Of a stretch of 64,000 bases of DNA, positions 30,786 to 39,760 are shown in pieces. This DNA comes from Planctomycetota bacterium. Lineage in GTDB: Bacteria > Planctomycetota > UBA1135 > UBA2386. The stretch spans positions 27,475 through 91,474 of the forward strand of contig CANMWZ010000017.1 in the NCBI GenBank assembly GCA_947501605.1. The letters run 5' to 3'. The position numbers were made by a program, and so were the translations under genes. The notes under the pieces were generated by a model. The model saw only the letters and a program-made list of their open reading frames with translations. It was not told the DNA's origin and made no database searches. Numbering within the stretch: position 1 is the first letter of the stretch; each line of letters begins with the position of its first letter.

Positions 30786-32606
30786 TCAGCGAATCCGCAG
30801 ATCGCCGGGCATCAGGGCCCAGACCTTGACCGTCGCGTCCTGCGACATGGCATCGCGCAACAACGCCAACAGACCGTCGAGGCGCGAGAGCCGAGCAAAC
30901 AGCGCTACGGCCGAAGGCTCACCCTGCACCAGGACGCTCGCGTCAAACATTTGCTCAACGAGCGATTGCGCGAAGTCCTTGGGTTGGGGCAGATGGCGCA
31001 CCTCGACGTCGTCGCCGATGTTGGCCGACTTGCGCACGGCCGCCAAGGCGTCGTCGACGCCGCCGACCGCATCGACGATGCCGATCTCGACTGCTTGGGC
31101 TCCGGACCAAACACGTCCACCGGCGATGGCGCGCACCGCGTCGGGCGGCAGCTTGCGCGACTTCGCCGCGATGGCGATGAACTGGTCGTAGATCTCGTCG
31201 ACAAACGACTGCATGCGAGCATGCGCGGAGTCACTCCACGGTCGGTCCATCGCGTCCATCTCGGCGCCGGTGTCGAGCGAGACGATCTCGGTGTGGATAC
31301 CGAGCCGTCGCATGAGCGCACCGGTCTGGAAGCGCATGCTGAACACCCCGATGGAACCAGTGATGGTCGTGGCCTCGGCGAAAATCGGCTGACCGATGCA
31401 GGTGATCCAGTAACCACCGGAGGCCGCGAGCTCGCCCATCGAGAACACCACCGGCTTCTTCGCCGCCAGTCGCTCCAGCGCGAGGCGGATCGCTTCGCTC
31501 GCCGTCGCCGAACCACCGGGGGAGTTCACGCGCACGACAACGCCCTTGACGTGTTCATTCTCGGTCAGCGCGTCGATTTCCTTGACCGAAGGCTCCGAGA
31601 CCATGCTCCCGGCCGAACTGTTGGTTCCGTCCTGGATGGACCCTGCCAAGTGAAGCACGACGATCGACGTCTCCTCGTCATCCTCGTCGTCATCCCGCTT
31701 CTGCTTGAACATGTCGGATAGCATCGACAGGAGGTCGCGGTTCTTCTTGGCCTTCTTGGGCACGGCGTCGACCAGCTCGAACTCGCCAAGCTCGCTGCCC
31801 ATCGCCGTCTCCAGCGCTCGCTTGGCGCCACTCCAGGCAACCAAGTCATCCACCAGGCCAGCGGCCTTGGCCTCGTCGGCCGTGAACAGGCGTTGCGCCT
31901 GGAGTTCCTTCACCTTGGCGGCCGCGAGCTTCCGGCCGGTCGCGACTCGCCGCACGACGTCTTCGTTCATCGACGACAGCATCGCGTGGTAGTGCTTCTT
32001 CAGCGGCTCGGACATGGTCGAGCGCACGTACGGCTCGACGGCCCCCTTGAACTCGCCGACGCGCGTCATCTCCACCTCGATGCCCAGCAGGGATAGAGCA
32101 TCCCGGTAGTGCATCACATTCATGGCTGGAGACCGGAAATCGATCGAGCCCATCTTGGCCATCATCACGCGATCGCACTGAGCGGCGATCTGCAGCGTGA
32201 CCGGTGTCGCATTCTCGAAGTAGCAGACGACCCTCTTTCCGGACTCGCGCACCTTGAGCATCGCGCGTTCGATCTCGCGGACCTGCGGCAGGTTCAGCCC
32301 CACGGGCTGGGTCAGGTCGAGAAGGACGGTCGCACTCTCGGCCTTGGCGAGATCCTCGATGGTCTTGCGCAGTTCGAAGAACGACTTGGGCTTGGCGCCA
32401 CCGCCTGTCAGCAGCGACATCGCGTCGAACGATGACTCGGCGAGGTCCTCGTAGGAGCCGCTCGGCCGCAACAGGGTGATCTTCGGCTTCGTCGGCGAAA
32501 TCTCAGCGGTCGTCGAATCGGCAGGCGTCTTGACAACATCGTCCTGAGCGATGACGGCGGCGTTGAGGAGGAAGAGGAACGCAGCGAGGGCTACGGGTCG
32601 CAACAT
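30786..32606 (-). CDS. sppA: Signal peptide peptidase SppA (protease IV, two S49 domains)
   Basis: RVGEFKGAVEP; VNSPGGS, SMGELAASGGY, TGSIGV, GRVWSG. Confidence 0.93.
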   Translation of the reverse strand: MLRPVALAAFLFLLNAAVIAQDDVVKTPADSTTAEISPTKPKITLLRPSGSYEDLAESSFDAMSLLTGGGAKPKSFFELRKTIEDLAKAESATVLLDLTQPVGLNLPQVREIERAMLKVRESGKRVVCYFENATPVTLQIAAQCDRVMMAKMGSIDFRSPAMNVMHYRDALSLLGIEVEMTRVGEFKGAVEPYVRSTMSEPLKKHYHAMLSSMNEDVVRRVATGRKLAAAKVKELQAQRLFTADEAKAAGLVDDLVAWSGAKRALETAMGSELGEFELVDAVPKKAKKNRDLLSMLSDMFKQKRDDDEDDEETSIVVLHLAGSIQDGTNSSAGSMVSEPSVKEIDALTENEHVKGVVVRVNSPGGSATASEAIRLALERLAAKKPVVFSMGELAASGGYWITCIGQPIFAEATTITGSIGVFSMRFQTGALMRRLGIHTEIVSLDTGAEMDAMDRPWSDSAHARMQSFVDEIYDQFIAIAAKSRKLPPDAVRAIAGGRVWSGAQAVEIGIVDAVGGVDDALAAVRKSANIGDDVEVRHLPQPKDFAQSLVEQMFDASVLVQGEPSAVALFARLSRLDGLLALLRDAMSQDATVKVWALMPGDLRIR

Positions 32607-32729
32607 GGGAATGTGGTTCGGGCGGTTCGGATCGAGGCGGCGATCGTAGCCGACCGATGCCGCGCTCTGTCACTCGCCTCGGGGCCACGTACTCGCGCCC
32701 GCCCATCGCGGTTGTTACGGTTGCCGCTT

Positions 32730-33428
32730 GTGGTTCCGTTCGTAGTCGTCTTGGTCGTCGCCATCGTTGGCGTGCTCGCCTACCTGTCATGGAAAGCCGA
32801 GCAGCAACGACGCGACGACATGCGGCAACTGGGAGTCGAACTCGGGCTCCACTTCTCGCCGGACGACGACGACAGCCACGACGACCACTACGCGCAGTTC
32901 GAGATCTTTCGCCGCGGCCACTCGCGCGTTGCGAAGTGCACGCTCGCGGGCGCGATCGAACTGTTCGAGCGCCCCTGCCGAGTGCAGGCCGGGGACTTTC
33001 GCTACAAGGTCACGAGCGGCAGCGGCAAGAACGAGGGCACGACGACCTACCGGTTCAGCTACCTGATCGTCCATCCGCCGTGGCCGTCGCCGAGCCTCCT
33101 GGTGCGGCCCGAAGGAATGTTCGACCGCGTGAAAGGCGCATTCGGCTTCGACGACATCGACTTCGAGTCGGAGGAGTTCAGCCGCGCGTTCTGGGTGCAA
33201 TCGAGCGACAAGCGCTTTGCCTACGACGTGCTGCACCCGCGCATGATGGAGTTCCTCCTGGCGCACCGACCGCCGATGCTCGACCTCGAGGGCGGGGCCC
33301 TCTGCTTCTCCGACGGGGCGACACGGTGGACACCGGACACGTTCCGCGAGCGGATCGACTTCCTGCGCAAGTTCTGCGAGCTGTGGCCGCGACACCTGCT
33401 CAGCGACCTGGGTTCGCGCCCGACCTGA
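32730..33428 (+). CDS. Bitopic membrane protein (DUF3137-like), LemA-associated
   Basis: N-terminal TM; DIDFESEEFSRAFWV...FAYDVLHPRMME; lies directly upstream of lemA. Confidence 0.65.
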   Translation: MVPFVVVLVVAIVGVLAYLSWKAEQQRRDDMRQLGVELGLHFSPDDDDSHDDHYAQFEIFRRGHSRVAKCTLAGAIELFERPCRVQAGDFRYKVTSGSGKNEGTTTYRFSYLIVHPPWPSPSLLVRPEGMFDRVKGAFGFDDIDFESEEFSRAFWVQSSDKRFAYDVLHPRMMEFLLAHRPPMLDLEGGALCFSDGATRWTPDTFRERIDFLRKFCELWPRHLLSDLGSRPT

Positions 33429-33435
33429 CCACCCG

Positions 33436-34002
33436 ATGGCACCCCTCCTCGCAATCCTGGCAGTCGTCCTGCTCCCGCTCGTGTGGTGGATCGCCACGCA
33501 CAATCGCTTCGTCCGCCTCCGTCACGCGGTCAAGGAGAGCTGGGCCGACATCGATGTCGAACTGAAGCGACGCTACGAGCTGATCCCCAATCTCGTCGCG
33601 ACCGTGAAGGGCTACGCCCGCCACGAACAGGAGGTCCTCGAACGTCTCGTCGCGCTGCGCAACCAGGCGATGGCGAACCACGGCACGGTCGCGAGTCAGG
33701 CGAAGGACGAGAATGCCCTGCTCACCGGCTTGCGCTCGGTCTTCGCGGTCGCCGAGGGCTATCCGCAGCTGAAGAGCGACGCCAACTTCCGCGCCCTGCA
33801 GGAAGAGCTCGCGATCACCGAGGACCGGATCGCGGCGGCACGGCGCTTCTTCAACGGCAACGTGCGCGAGCTGCGCAACCTGCGCGAGCAGTTCCCGACC
33901 AGCCTCGTCGGCGGCGCGGCGGGTGCCGCCGACGTGTCGTTCTTCGAACTCGACGACCAGAACGAGCGCGTCGTCCCGCGCATCGACGTCAGCGCGCGCT
34001 GA
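33436..34002 (+). CDS. lemA: LemA family protein
   Basis: HNRFVRLR...WADIDVELKRRYELIPNLV, YPQLKSDANF, EDRIAAARRFFN. Confidence 0.95.
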   Translation: MAPLLAILAVVLLPLVWWIATHNRFVRLRHAVKESWADIDVELKRRYELIPNLVATVKGYARHEQEVLERLVALRNQAMANHGTVASQAKDENALLTGLRSVFAVAEGYPQLKSDANFRALQEELAITEDRIAAARRFFNGNVRELRNLREQFPTSLVGGAAGAADVSFFELDDQNERVVPRIDVSAR

Positions 34003-34026
34003 CGCGCTCCTCCTGCCGCGAGCAAC

Positions 34027-35478
34027 TCAGCTCACCGGCACGATCAACGTGTCGACCCACGGCATGTCGCTGGCCCCGAACGGCACGGTCAACGTGATGC
34101 GCAGTTGCAAGAAGGGCAACCCATCCGCGACGTCCTGCGAGATCGACCAGTTCGTCACGGTTGCGAAGTCGAAGGTCGCACCGCGGAACTCGACGAGGAG
34201 CGAACAACCTGCAGGCACGTGACTCCCGAGGATCGCCGGGTGGTAGTTGGTGCCGGAGTGAGTGAAGAGCCACGAGGTTTCGTGGAACGAGACGGTGCGC
34301 TCCAGCTCGAGTTCGAGGTCGTAGACGAGCGATCCGCCGCGACCGCTCGCAACCGCGGCGGGCGACAGGGGCGAAGGCTGGCCACTGTCGCCGGCAACGG
34401 CCCACATGCTGGCATTCGGCAGCGGCGACGACAGCACCGCGAGGTTCGCTGCCATCTCGTTCCGAGTCACACTCGGCGCGGCCTGCGGCGACGTGCGCGT
34501 TTCGAGCAGCAGAGTGCTGGTGCCGTCCCACTCGAACGGTTGCGCCAGAGGGAAGGGCAAGTAGCCGCTCGGCAGCAGGTTCGACGGTTGGATCGAGTAG
34601 GTCCCGCTGAAGCCGACGACCTCCGTCCCGGAGCGGGGGTTGTTGGCGAAGTCGACCGCGAGCCCGGAGCCCGGGTTGACCGGCAGCGCGCTGAAGGAAT
34701 CGATCGTGAAGTCCGGGACGACGTCGGAGTGCGCAAGGCGGAGTTCGAACTGCTGCAGCGACTCGGGCCGCACCGTTCCGAACATCGGGCGCCAGCGCAC
34801 CGAAGTCAGCCGTTCGTTCACGCCGCTCCCACCGAGGTCCGCTGCGCGCAGCGCCATCTGGCAACGCGCACCCTGCGGGTGCAGCGGCGAGATCGCGGCG
34901 AGGGACTGGAAGACCGGCATCGACAACTGGGGTAGCGAGTACGCGAGGCGCCGCGACGCCGGCAGTGCCTGGAACCGCGACGACTGGGTGCGATCGAAGA
35001 CCCCGACGGCGCCGAAGTTCAGGTGGTCGAATCGATAGACGATGGCCTCGAGCTGGTCGTGCGCCGCGAGGCTCTCGACGTTGCTCGCCAACATCGAAGA
35101 CAGGCCCGCGGTCGGGTCCCACGATCCGGCCTGGAGGTAGACCGGAACTCCCGCCGGCAACGTCGAGGCCGAGAACGGCAGGATCTGCGTGCTCGCGGCT
35201 GGCGACCCGAACCACAGCGGCACCACGTTGTTGCTCAGAGCGAGGTCGAAGTCGGCGCCGAACAAGCGCGTCCGCCCAGTCTGAAGATCCGCCACGAGAA
35301 CGCTCACGTCCCCGACCCTGCCCTGGAGCGAGAAGGCCAGCCCCGGACCCGGCAGCTGGCGCGAATAGGCGTTCTGGTTCAGCGTGAGGAGCGGCTGCTG
35401 CGCGAGCGCGGCCTCATTGCCGGCGAGCACCGGCAGCAGAGCGACGAGCGGGAGAGCGACACGAACTGAGGTGGCCAT
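34027..35478 (-). CDS. Secreted beta-rich hypothetical protein
   Basis: Signal peptide ending ALAQ; multi-domain beta-rich sequence; N-terminal module LPAGVPVYLQAGSWDP...ASN. Confidence 0.7.
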   Translation of the reverse strand: MATSVRVALPLVALLPVLAGNEAALAQQPLLTLNQNAYSRQLPGPGLAFSLQGRVGDVSVLVADLQTGRTRLFGADFDLALSNNVVPLWFGSPAASTQILPFSASTLPAGVPVYLQAGSWDPTAGLSSMLASNVESLAAHDQLEAIVYRFDHLNFGAVGVFDRTQSSRFQALPASRRLAYSLPQLSMPVFQSLAAISPLHPQGARCQMALRAADLGGSGVNERLTSVRWRPMFGTVRPESLQQFELRLAHSDVVPDFTIDSFSALPVNPGSGLAVDFANNPRSGTEVVGFSGTYSIQPSNLLPSGYLPFPLAQPFEWDGTSTLLLETRTSPQAAPSVTRNEMAANLAVLSSPLPNASMWAVAGDSGQPSPLSPAAVASGRGGSLVYDLELELERTVSFHETSWLFTHSGTNYHPAILGSHVPAGCSLLVEFRGATFDFATVTNWSISQDVADGLPFLQLRITLTVPFGASDMPWVDTLIVPVS

Positions 35479-35550
35479 GGCTCGCGCATGGCAAAGGACG
35501 TGCCCGGACCGTGAGCCCCCTCTCTCGCGCCCCCCCCGGGCGACGATGTG

Positions 35551-36249
35551 CTACGGGGGCGTGACGAGACGGTGCTTGTGGGCCAACCCCGCGCGCAAGA
35601 GACACTGCGCCTCGTCCACCGGCTCACCGCGGCGATACCGCTCCAGCAGCTCGCGCGAACGCTGCGCCAGTTCACGCCGCACCTCGCGCCGGCGGCCTTT
35701 CACCCGCGCGATCGTCATCGAGTCGTAGCCCGTCGTCTGGTGACGCAGCCAGGCGATCGTCGCGGCGGCCGCGCGCTCTTCAATCGGGATGCGCTGCGTG
35801 CGCGCGACCGTGCCACTGCCGACCGGGGTCGCGTGCGCTGCGATCGCATCCGCGAGCCGTTCGCCGAGTTCGCGGTGAGACGGCGCGAACGCGAGGAAGC
35901 GCGAGACCTCGTCGCGGAACTCACCGGCATACTCCACCTGCTGCACCTGGCGCCGTTTGCGGCCGGCCTCGAGCTTCTTGCCGTAGGCCGGATCGCTGCG
36001 CTCGATCGAGAGCTCTGCGCGAATGCGTTCGATGCGGTCCTTGGGCGCGCACACACCGCGCGAGAAGACCTTGTTGCCGCGCTTCTCGCTGCACACCCAG
36101 CTCGGACCAGCTTCCTTGACGCGCCGCGTCAGCGCGGCATCGCCGGGCGGCAACAGCTCCCAGCCCACGGGCAGGCGCAGCAGTTGCGTCTTGGTGCGGA
36201 ACCAGGTCCCGTCGGGACCTGGAGCGACTTCGCGGTTCTGGTCGGGCAT
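35551..36249 (-). CDS. DUF2293 domain-containing protein
   Basis: LPPGDAALTRRVK, HATPVGSGTVART, AWLRHQTTGYD. Confidence 0.75.
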   Translation of the reverse strand: MPDQNREVAPGPDGTWFRTKTQLLRLPVGWELLPPGDAALTRRVKEAGPSWVCSEKRGNKVFSRGVCAPKDRIERIRAELSIERSDPAYGKKLEAGRKRRQVQQVEYAGEFRDEVSRFLAFAPSHRELGERLADAIAAHATPVGSGTVARTQRIPIEERAAAATIAWLRHQTTGYDSMTIARVKGRRREVRRELAQRSRELLERYRRGEPVDEAQCLLRAGLAHKHRLVTPP

Positions 36250-36294
36250 CTCTGTTGTCGTTCGTTCGGTGGTCGTCGTAGCACGGACGCTCGG

Positions 36295-37761
36295 TCACTT
36301 CGCGAACCGTTGCTCGTAGTCGCCCATGCGCAGTTTCTTGACCGTGTTGACGGAACTCATGTAGCGGATCTGGCCGTAGATCGAACGCTCTGGTGCCCAC
36401 GGCCGGTCGTAGCGACCGAAGATCCAGCCGATGCCCGAGTACGAGTTGGGGTCACGGCCGTCGAGCGCGTAGCGATTGTTCAACTCGACGAGGATGGCGA
36501 AGGCCTCCTCCGGCGTGCGGGTCCACTCCAGGACCTTCTTGCCCCAGAGCATGCGCAAGTAGTTCTGGATCGTGCCCTGCTGCACGAGTTGTCGCTGCGC
36601 CGCGTTCCACAACGGATCGTGCGTCGCGGCCGTCGCGAAGTCCGGCAGTGTGTAGAGGTGCTCGCGCTCGTCGGTCGCGTGCTTGCTCAGCGTTGCCTTG
36701 GCCCAATCGGGCAGCGACTCGAACTCGTCGAAGTCGCTGCGTCGCGAACAGAGGTTGAAGCCGAGTTCGCGCCAGGTGACGAACTGGTCGAGGAACCCCT
36801 CCGCTGCCTCGCTCATGCCGAACCAGCCGCGGGCACCGTCGGCTTTGGCGCGCAGCTTCTGCGGGCCCCAGCCCTCCTGCTTGGCGAGGCCAGCGAAGAT
36901 CTGGTGCGGCGACACGTGACCGAAGTGCAGGTAGGGGGAGAGCCCGCTGGCGACCTCGGTGCCCGGATGGCTCCGATCCGGATACTGCGACAGCCGCTCG
37001 CGCAAGAACCGCCGCAGCAGCGCGCCCGCCGCAGCGGCCCCGCCGCGAACGTCCGTCACTGGTGGGACGGAGTGGTCGATCGGCAGTTGCGCGAGCGCGT
37101 CCGCGTCACCGTCGAGCATCGCCGCCGACGCGCGCGGCCACCGGCGCGCGATCGCCGCAGGGATCACGGCGCCGGCCGCGACTTCGGTGCGCAGAGGCTC
37201 GCCAGCCGGGAACTCGCTCAAATGCGGCGCCAACGTCCGCTGCAAGAACCGGCGAAAGTCGACCGCACGCGCAAAGATCTTGTCGGCCGCTCGCAGCGGC
37301 AAGAGGCCGATGCCGTCCACCTGTTCCATACGCACCGTCAGCTTGGCTGCGGCGGCAGCCACCATGCGCGGCACGAAGAAGCCCGGGAACTCGTCGGTCA
37401 CGACGACGCAGGCCCGTTCGCACAGCGCCGCGAGCAGGCCCTTGCCCGCCCCCTTCTTCGGCTCGACATAGGGATGGTAGGTGACGCCGGACTCGGCGAA
37501 GTCCGCGGCGTTGTCGCGCATGCCGGCGATCACGAATCGATGGATGCGATCACTGGCCCATCGATAGTCGCAGCGAAGGGGCTCGAGCACGAGCAGCGGC
37601 TTGCCGAGTTCCTTGCACCACTCGACGGCTCGCTGCAGCGCGAAGTTCGCGCGCCGGCGACGTTGGGCCACCATCCAGTAGACAACGTAGTCGCCCTCGC
37701 GGCGCACGGGTTGGTCACCCAAGGACTGCACGCGGAGCAGCGGAACGTCGGAGTTCGGCAC
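36295..37761 (-). CDS. Deoxyribodipyrimidine photolyase, class II-like
   Basis: YVVYWM, NFAL, SGLSPYLHFG, WRELGFN, THDPLWNAAQ, YLRMLWGKK, DGRDPNSY. Confidence 0.92.
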   Translation of the reverse strand: MPNSDVPLLRVQSLGDQPVRREGDYVVYWMVAQRRRRANFALQRAVEWCKELGKPLLVLEPLRCDYRWASDRIHRFVIAGMRDNAADFAESGVTYHPYVEPKKGAGKGLLAALCERACVVVTDEFPGFFVPRMVAAAAAKLTVRMEQVDGIGLLPLRAADKIFARAVDFRRFLQRTLAPHLSEFPAGEPLRTEVAAGAVIPAAIARRWPRASAAMLDGDADALAQLPIDHSVPPVTDVRGGAAAAGALLRRFLRERLSQYPDRSHPGTEVASGLSPYLHFGHVSPHQIFAGLAKQEGWGPQKLRAKADGARGWFGMSEAAEGFLDQFVTWRELGFNLCSRRSDFDEFESLPDWAKATLSKHATDEREHLYTLPDFATAATHDPLWNAAQRQLVQQGTIQNYLRMLWGKKVLEWTRTPEEAFAILVELNNRYALDGRDPNSYSGIGWIFGRYDRPWAPERSIYGQIRYMSSVNTVKKLRMGDYEQRFAK

Positions 37762-37777
37762 GCGAACAGAATAGCGA

Positions 37778-38569
37778 TCAATCCGGCTCGCGCACCGGCG
37801 CAGCATCGGCACGGATGCGCAACGCAATCTCCTCGACGACCTCGTCGACGCGCTTGCCCGAGGTATCGACGACGACGTCCGCGAGGTTGTAGAACGGTTC
37901 GCGCTCAGCGAGGATGCGGCGCAGGTCGGCAAAGGCGCGTTCGTTGTCCGCCATCGGTCGCGTATCGCCCTGCGCGAGCACACGCTGCCAGTGATCCTTC
38001 GGCTCGGCCCGCAACCACACCGTCACAGTCTGACTGCGCAATGCTGCGAACGACGCAGCTTCGGTCACGACGCCGCCGCCGACCGCGAGCACGCATGGCG
38101 CGTCCATCGCCAACACCTGCTCCAACGCCGCGCGCTCGGCTTGTCGGTAGTAGGCCTCACCGTGCATGACGAACAACTCGCCGAGCCGCAGCCCGGTGGC
38201 GGCCTCGATGCGTGTGTCGAGCTCGACGAACGGCCGTCCGAGCCGCGCCCCCAGTAGCGGACCGATCGTGCTCTTCCCGGCGCCGCGGAGACCGAGCAAT
38301 GCCACATGCCGCGAGCGGGGTGCCGAAGTGGTCGCAGTGGCACCGCCACCGAGCAGTTGCACCAGCGGCAGTTCGAGCGCCTGCGCTAGATCGATCAGCT
38401 TGAGGAGCGAAGGATTGGCGACACCTTGTTCGACATCGGCGAGAAAGCGCTCGCTCATCCCAGTGCGCTCGGCGAGTTCGCGCCGGCTCCAGCTGCGCAT
38501 CTTTCGAAGCGAGCGCACGGCGGCGCCGAGTTGGAGAAGCAACGGATGTTCGCGCACGAAGGCCGCCAC
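37778..38569 (-). CDS. XRE-HTH plus shikimate-kinase-like fusion (BzdR/BoxR-type regulator)
   Basis: N-terminal HTH (SRRELAERTGMSERFLADVEQGVANPSL); GLRGAGKST P-loop, FVELD, GGGVV, RVLAQGDTRP. Confidence 0.85.
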   Translation of the reverse strand: MAAFVREHPLLLQLGAAVRSLRKMRSWSRRELAERTGMSERFLADVEQGVANPSLLKLIDLAQALELPLVQLLGGGATATTSAPRSRHVALLGLRGAGKSTIGPLLGARLGRPFVELDTRIEAATGLRLGELFVMHGEAYYRQAERAALEQVLAMDAPCVLAVGGGVVTEAASFAALRSQTVTVWLRAEPKDHWQRVLAQGDTRPMADNERAFADLRRILAEREPFYNLADVVVDTSGKRVDEVVEEIALRIRADAAPVREPD

Positions 38570-38593
38570 GATACCGAGCGCTTGGTCGCGGGC

Positions 38594-39703
38594 CTACGAC
38601 TCGCCGAGCAAGCGGTTTCGCAGGTGCAAGACGATGCGGCCACAACTCGCGCCATCGCCGTACGGCGTGCGGACCACCGCCATGGCGCTGTAGGCCGCAT
38701 GGTCGTCGAGCAGGGATGTGGCTTCCGCGACGATGCGGTGTTCGTCGCAGCCGACCAATCGCGCAGCGCCAGCCGCGATGCCCTCTGGTCGCTCGGTCGT
38801 CGCTCGAAGCACAAGCACAGGCTTGCCAAGCGCCGGCGCCTCTTCTTGCAAGCCCCCGCTATCGGTCAGCACGAAGTGGCACGCGCTCATGACCGCGACC
38901 ATGTCAGGGTAGTCGAGCGGTTCGACCAGGCGCACGCGCGGATGCGGCCCGAGCAACCGGTGCACGATGTCACGCACGGTCGGGTTCGGATGCACCGGAA
39001 ACACCACCGACACATCGGGGCGATCCGCGAGCCGCGCGATGGCCCGGCAGATCGATTCGAGCGGCTGACCGAAGCTCTCACGGCGGTGCGCCGTGACCAG
39101 CAGCAACCGCCTACCGTCGCTCGGCACCCATGGCCCCAGATCGACGCGCTCGCAGGCAAAATGCAACGCATCGACGACAGTGTTGCCGACGACGTGTACG
39201 CACCCTGGTTCAATGCCTTCGCGGATGAGGTTATCGCGCGCCAGGTGGGTCGGCGCGAAGTGCATGGCGGCCACACGCGCCACCATCGCGCGGTGCCCCT
39301 CCTCTGGGAATGGCTGCATTGCGTCGTGCGTGCGCAGGCCAGCTTCGAGGTGCACGAACGGCACCTTGCGGTAGAAACTGGCGAGCGCAGTCGCAAGAAC
39401 CGTCGACGTGTCGCCCTGGGCGATGACGCAATCAGGGCGCTCCTGGACCAACACCGGCTCGAGCGCACGCAGGGCTCGCGCCACGACATCACCGGGCGAC
39501 TGGTCCAGAGCCATCAAATCGAGGTCGCGATCGACTCCCACACCGAAGTAGCGGAGCACAGGTTCGACCAAATGACGATGCTGCGCCGTCGCGACGACCC
39601 GGACGCGGGCCCATGCCTGTGCCTGCAGCGCCCGCACCAGGAGTGCCGTCTTCACGGCCTCCGGTCGCGTGCCCACGACGACGAGGATCTGCACATCGCT
39701 CAT
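38594..39703 (-). CDS. wecB: UDP-N-acetylglucosamine 2-epimerase (non-hydrolysing)
   Basis: GTRPEAVK, QGDTST, HLEAGLRT, PFPEE, TAHRRE, TDSGGLQEEA, TERPE, PYGDG. Confidence 0.96.
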   Translation of the reverse strand: MSDVQILVVVGTRPEAVKTALLVRALQAQAWARVRVVATAQHRHLVEPVLRYFGVGVDRDLDLMALDQSPGDVVARALRALEPVLVQERPDCVIAQGDTSTVLATALASFYRKVPFVHLEAGLRTHDAMQPFPEEGHRAMVARVAAMHFAPTHLARDNLIREGIEPGCVHVVGNTVVDALHFACERVDLGPWVPSDGRRLLLVTAHRRESFGQPLESICRAIARLADRPDVSVVFPVHPNPTVRDIVHRLLGPHPRVRLVEPLDYPDMVAVMSACHFVLTDSGGLQEEAPALGKPVLVLRATTERPEGIAAGAARLVGCDEHRIVAEATSLLDDHAAYSAMAVVRTPYGDGASCGRIVLHLRNRLLGES

Positions 39704-39760
39704 GCAAGGACGAGGATGGACAAGACCAGGCACGCGAGCAACCAAGAAGCGCCGCGCGCG

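Noticed and set aside
35530..35537. C8 homopolymer upstream of the secreted-protein gene as a phase-variation tract
   Set aside because: The tract is short and plausible by chance, or part of a GC hairpin. A single sequence gives no evidence of length variation.
35548..38169. 873-aa plus-strand ORF (and similar long ORFs at 12499-13971, 22820-24070, 27745-29541, 38426-39940, 50838-52301, 52495-54303, 62016-63443)
   Set aside because: These are antisense shadows of well-supported genes. Long stop-free opposite frames are expected at this GC content, and they show no recognisable motifs.
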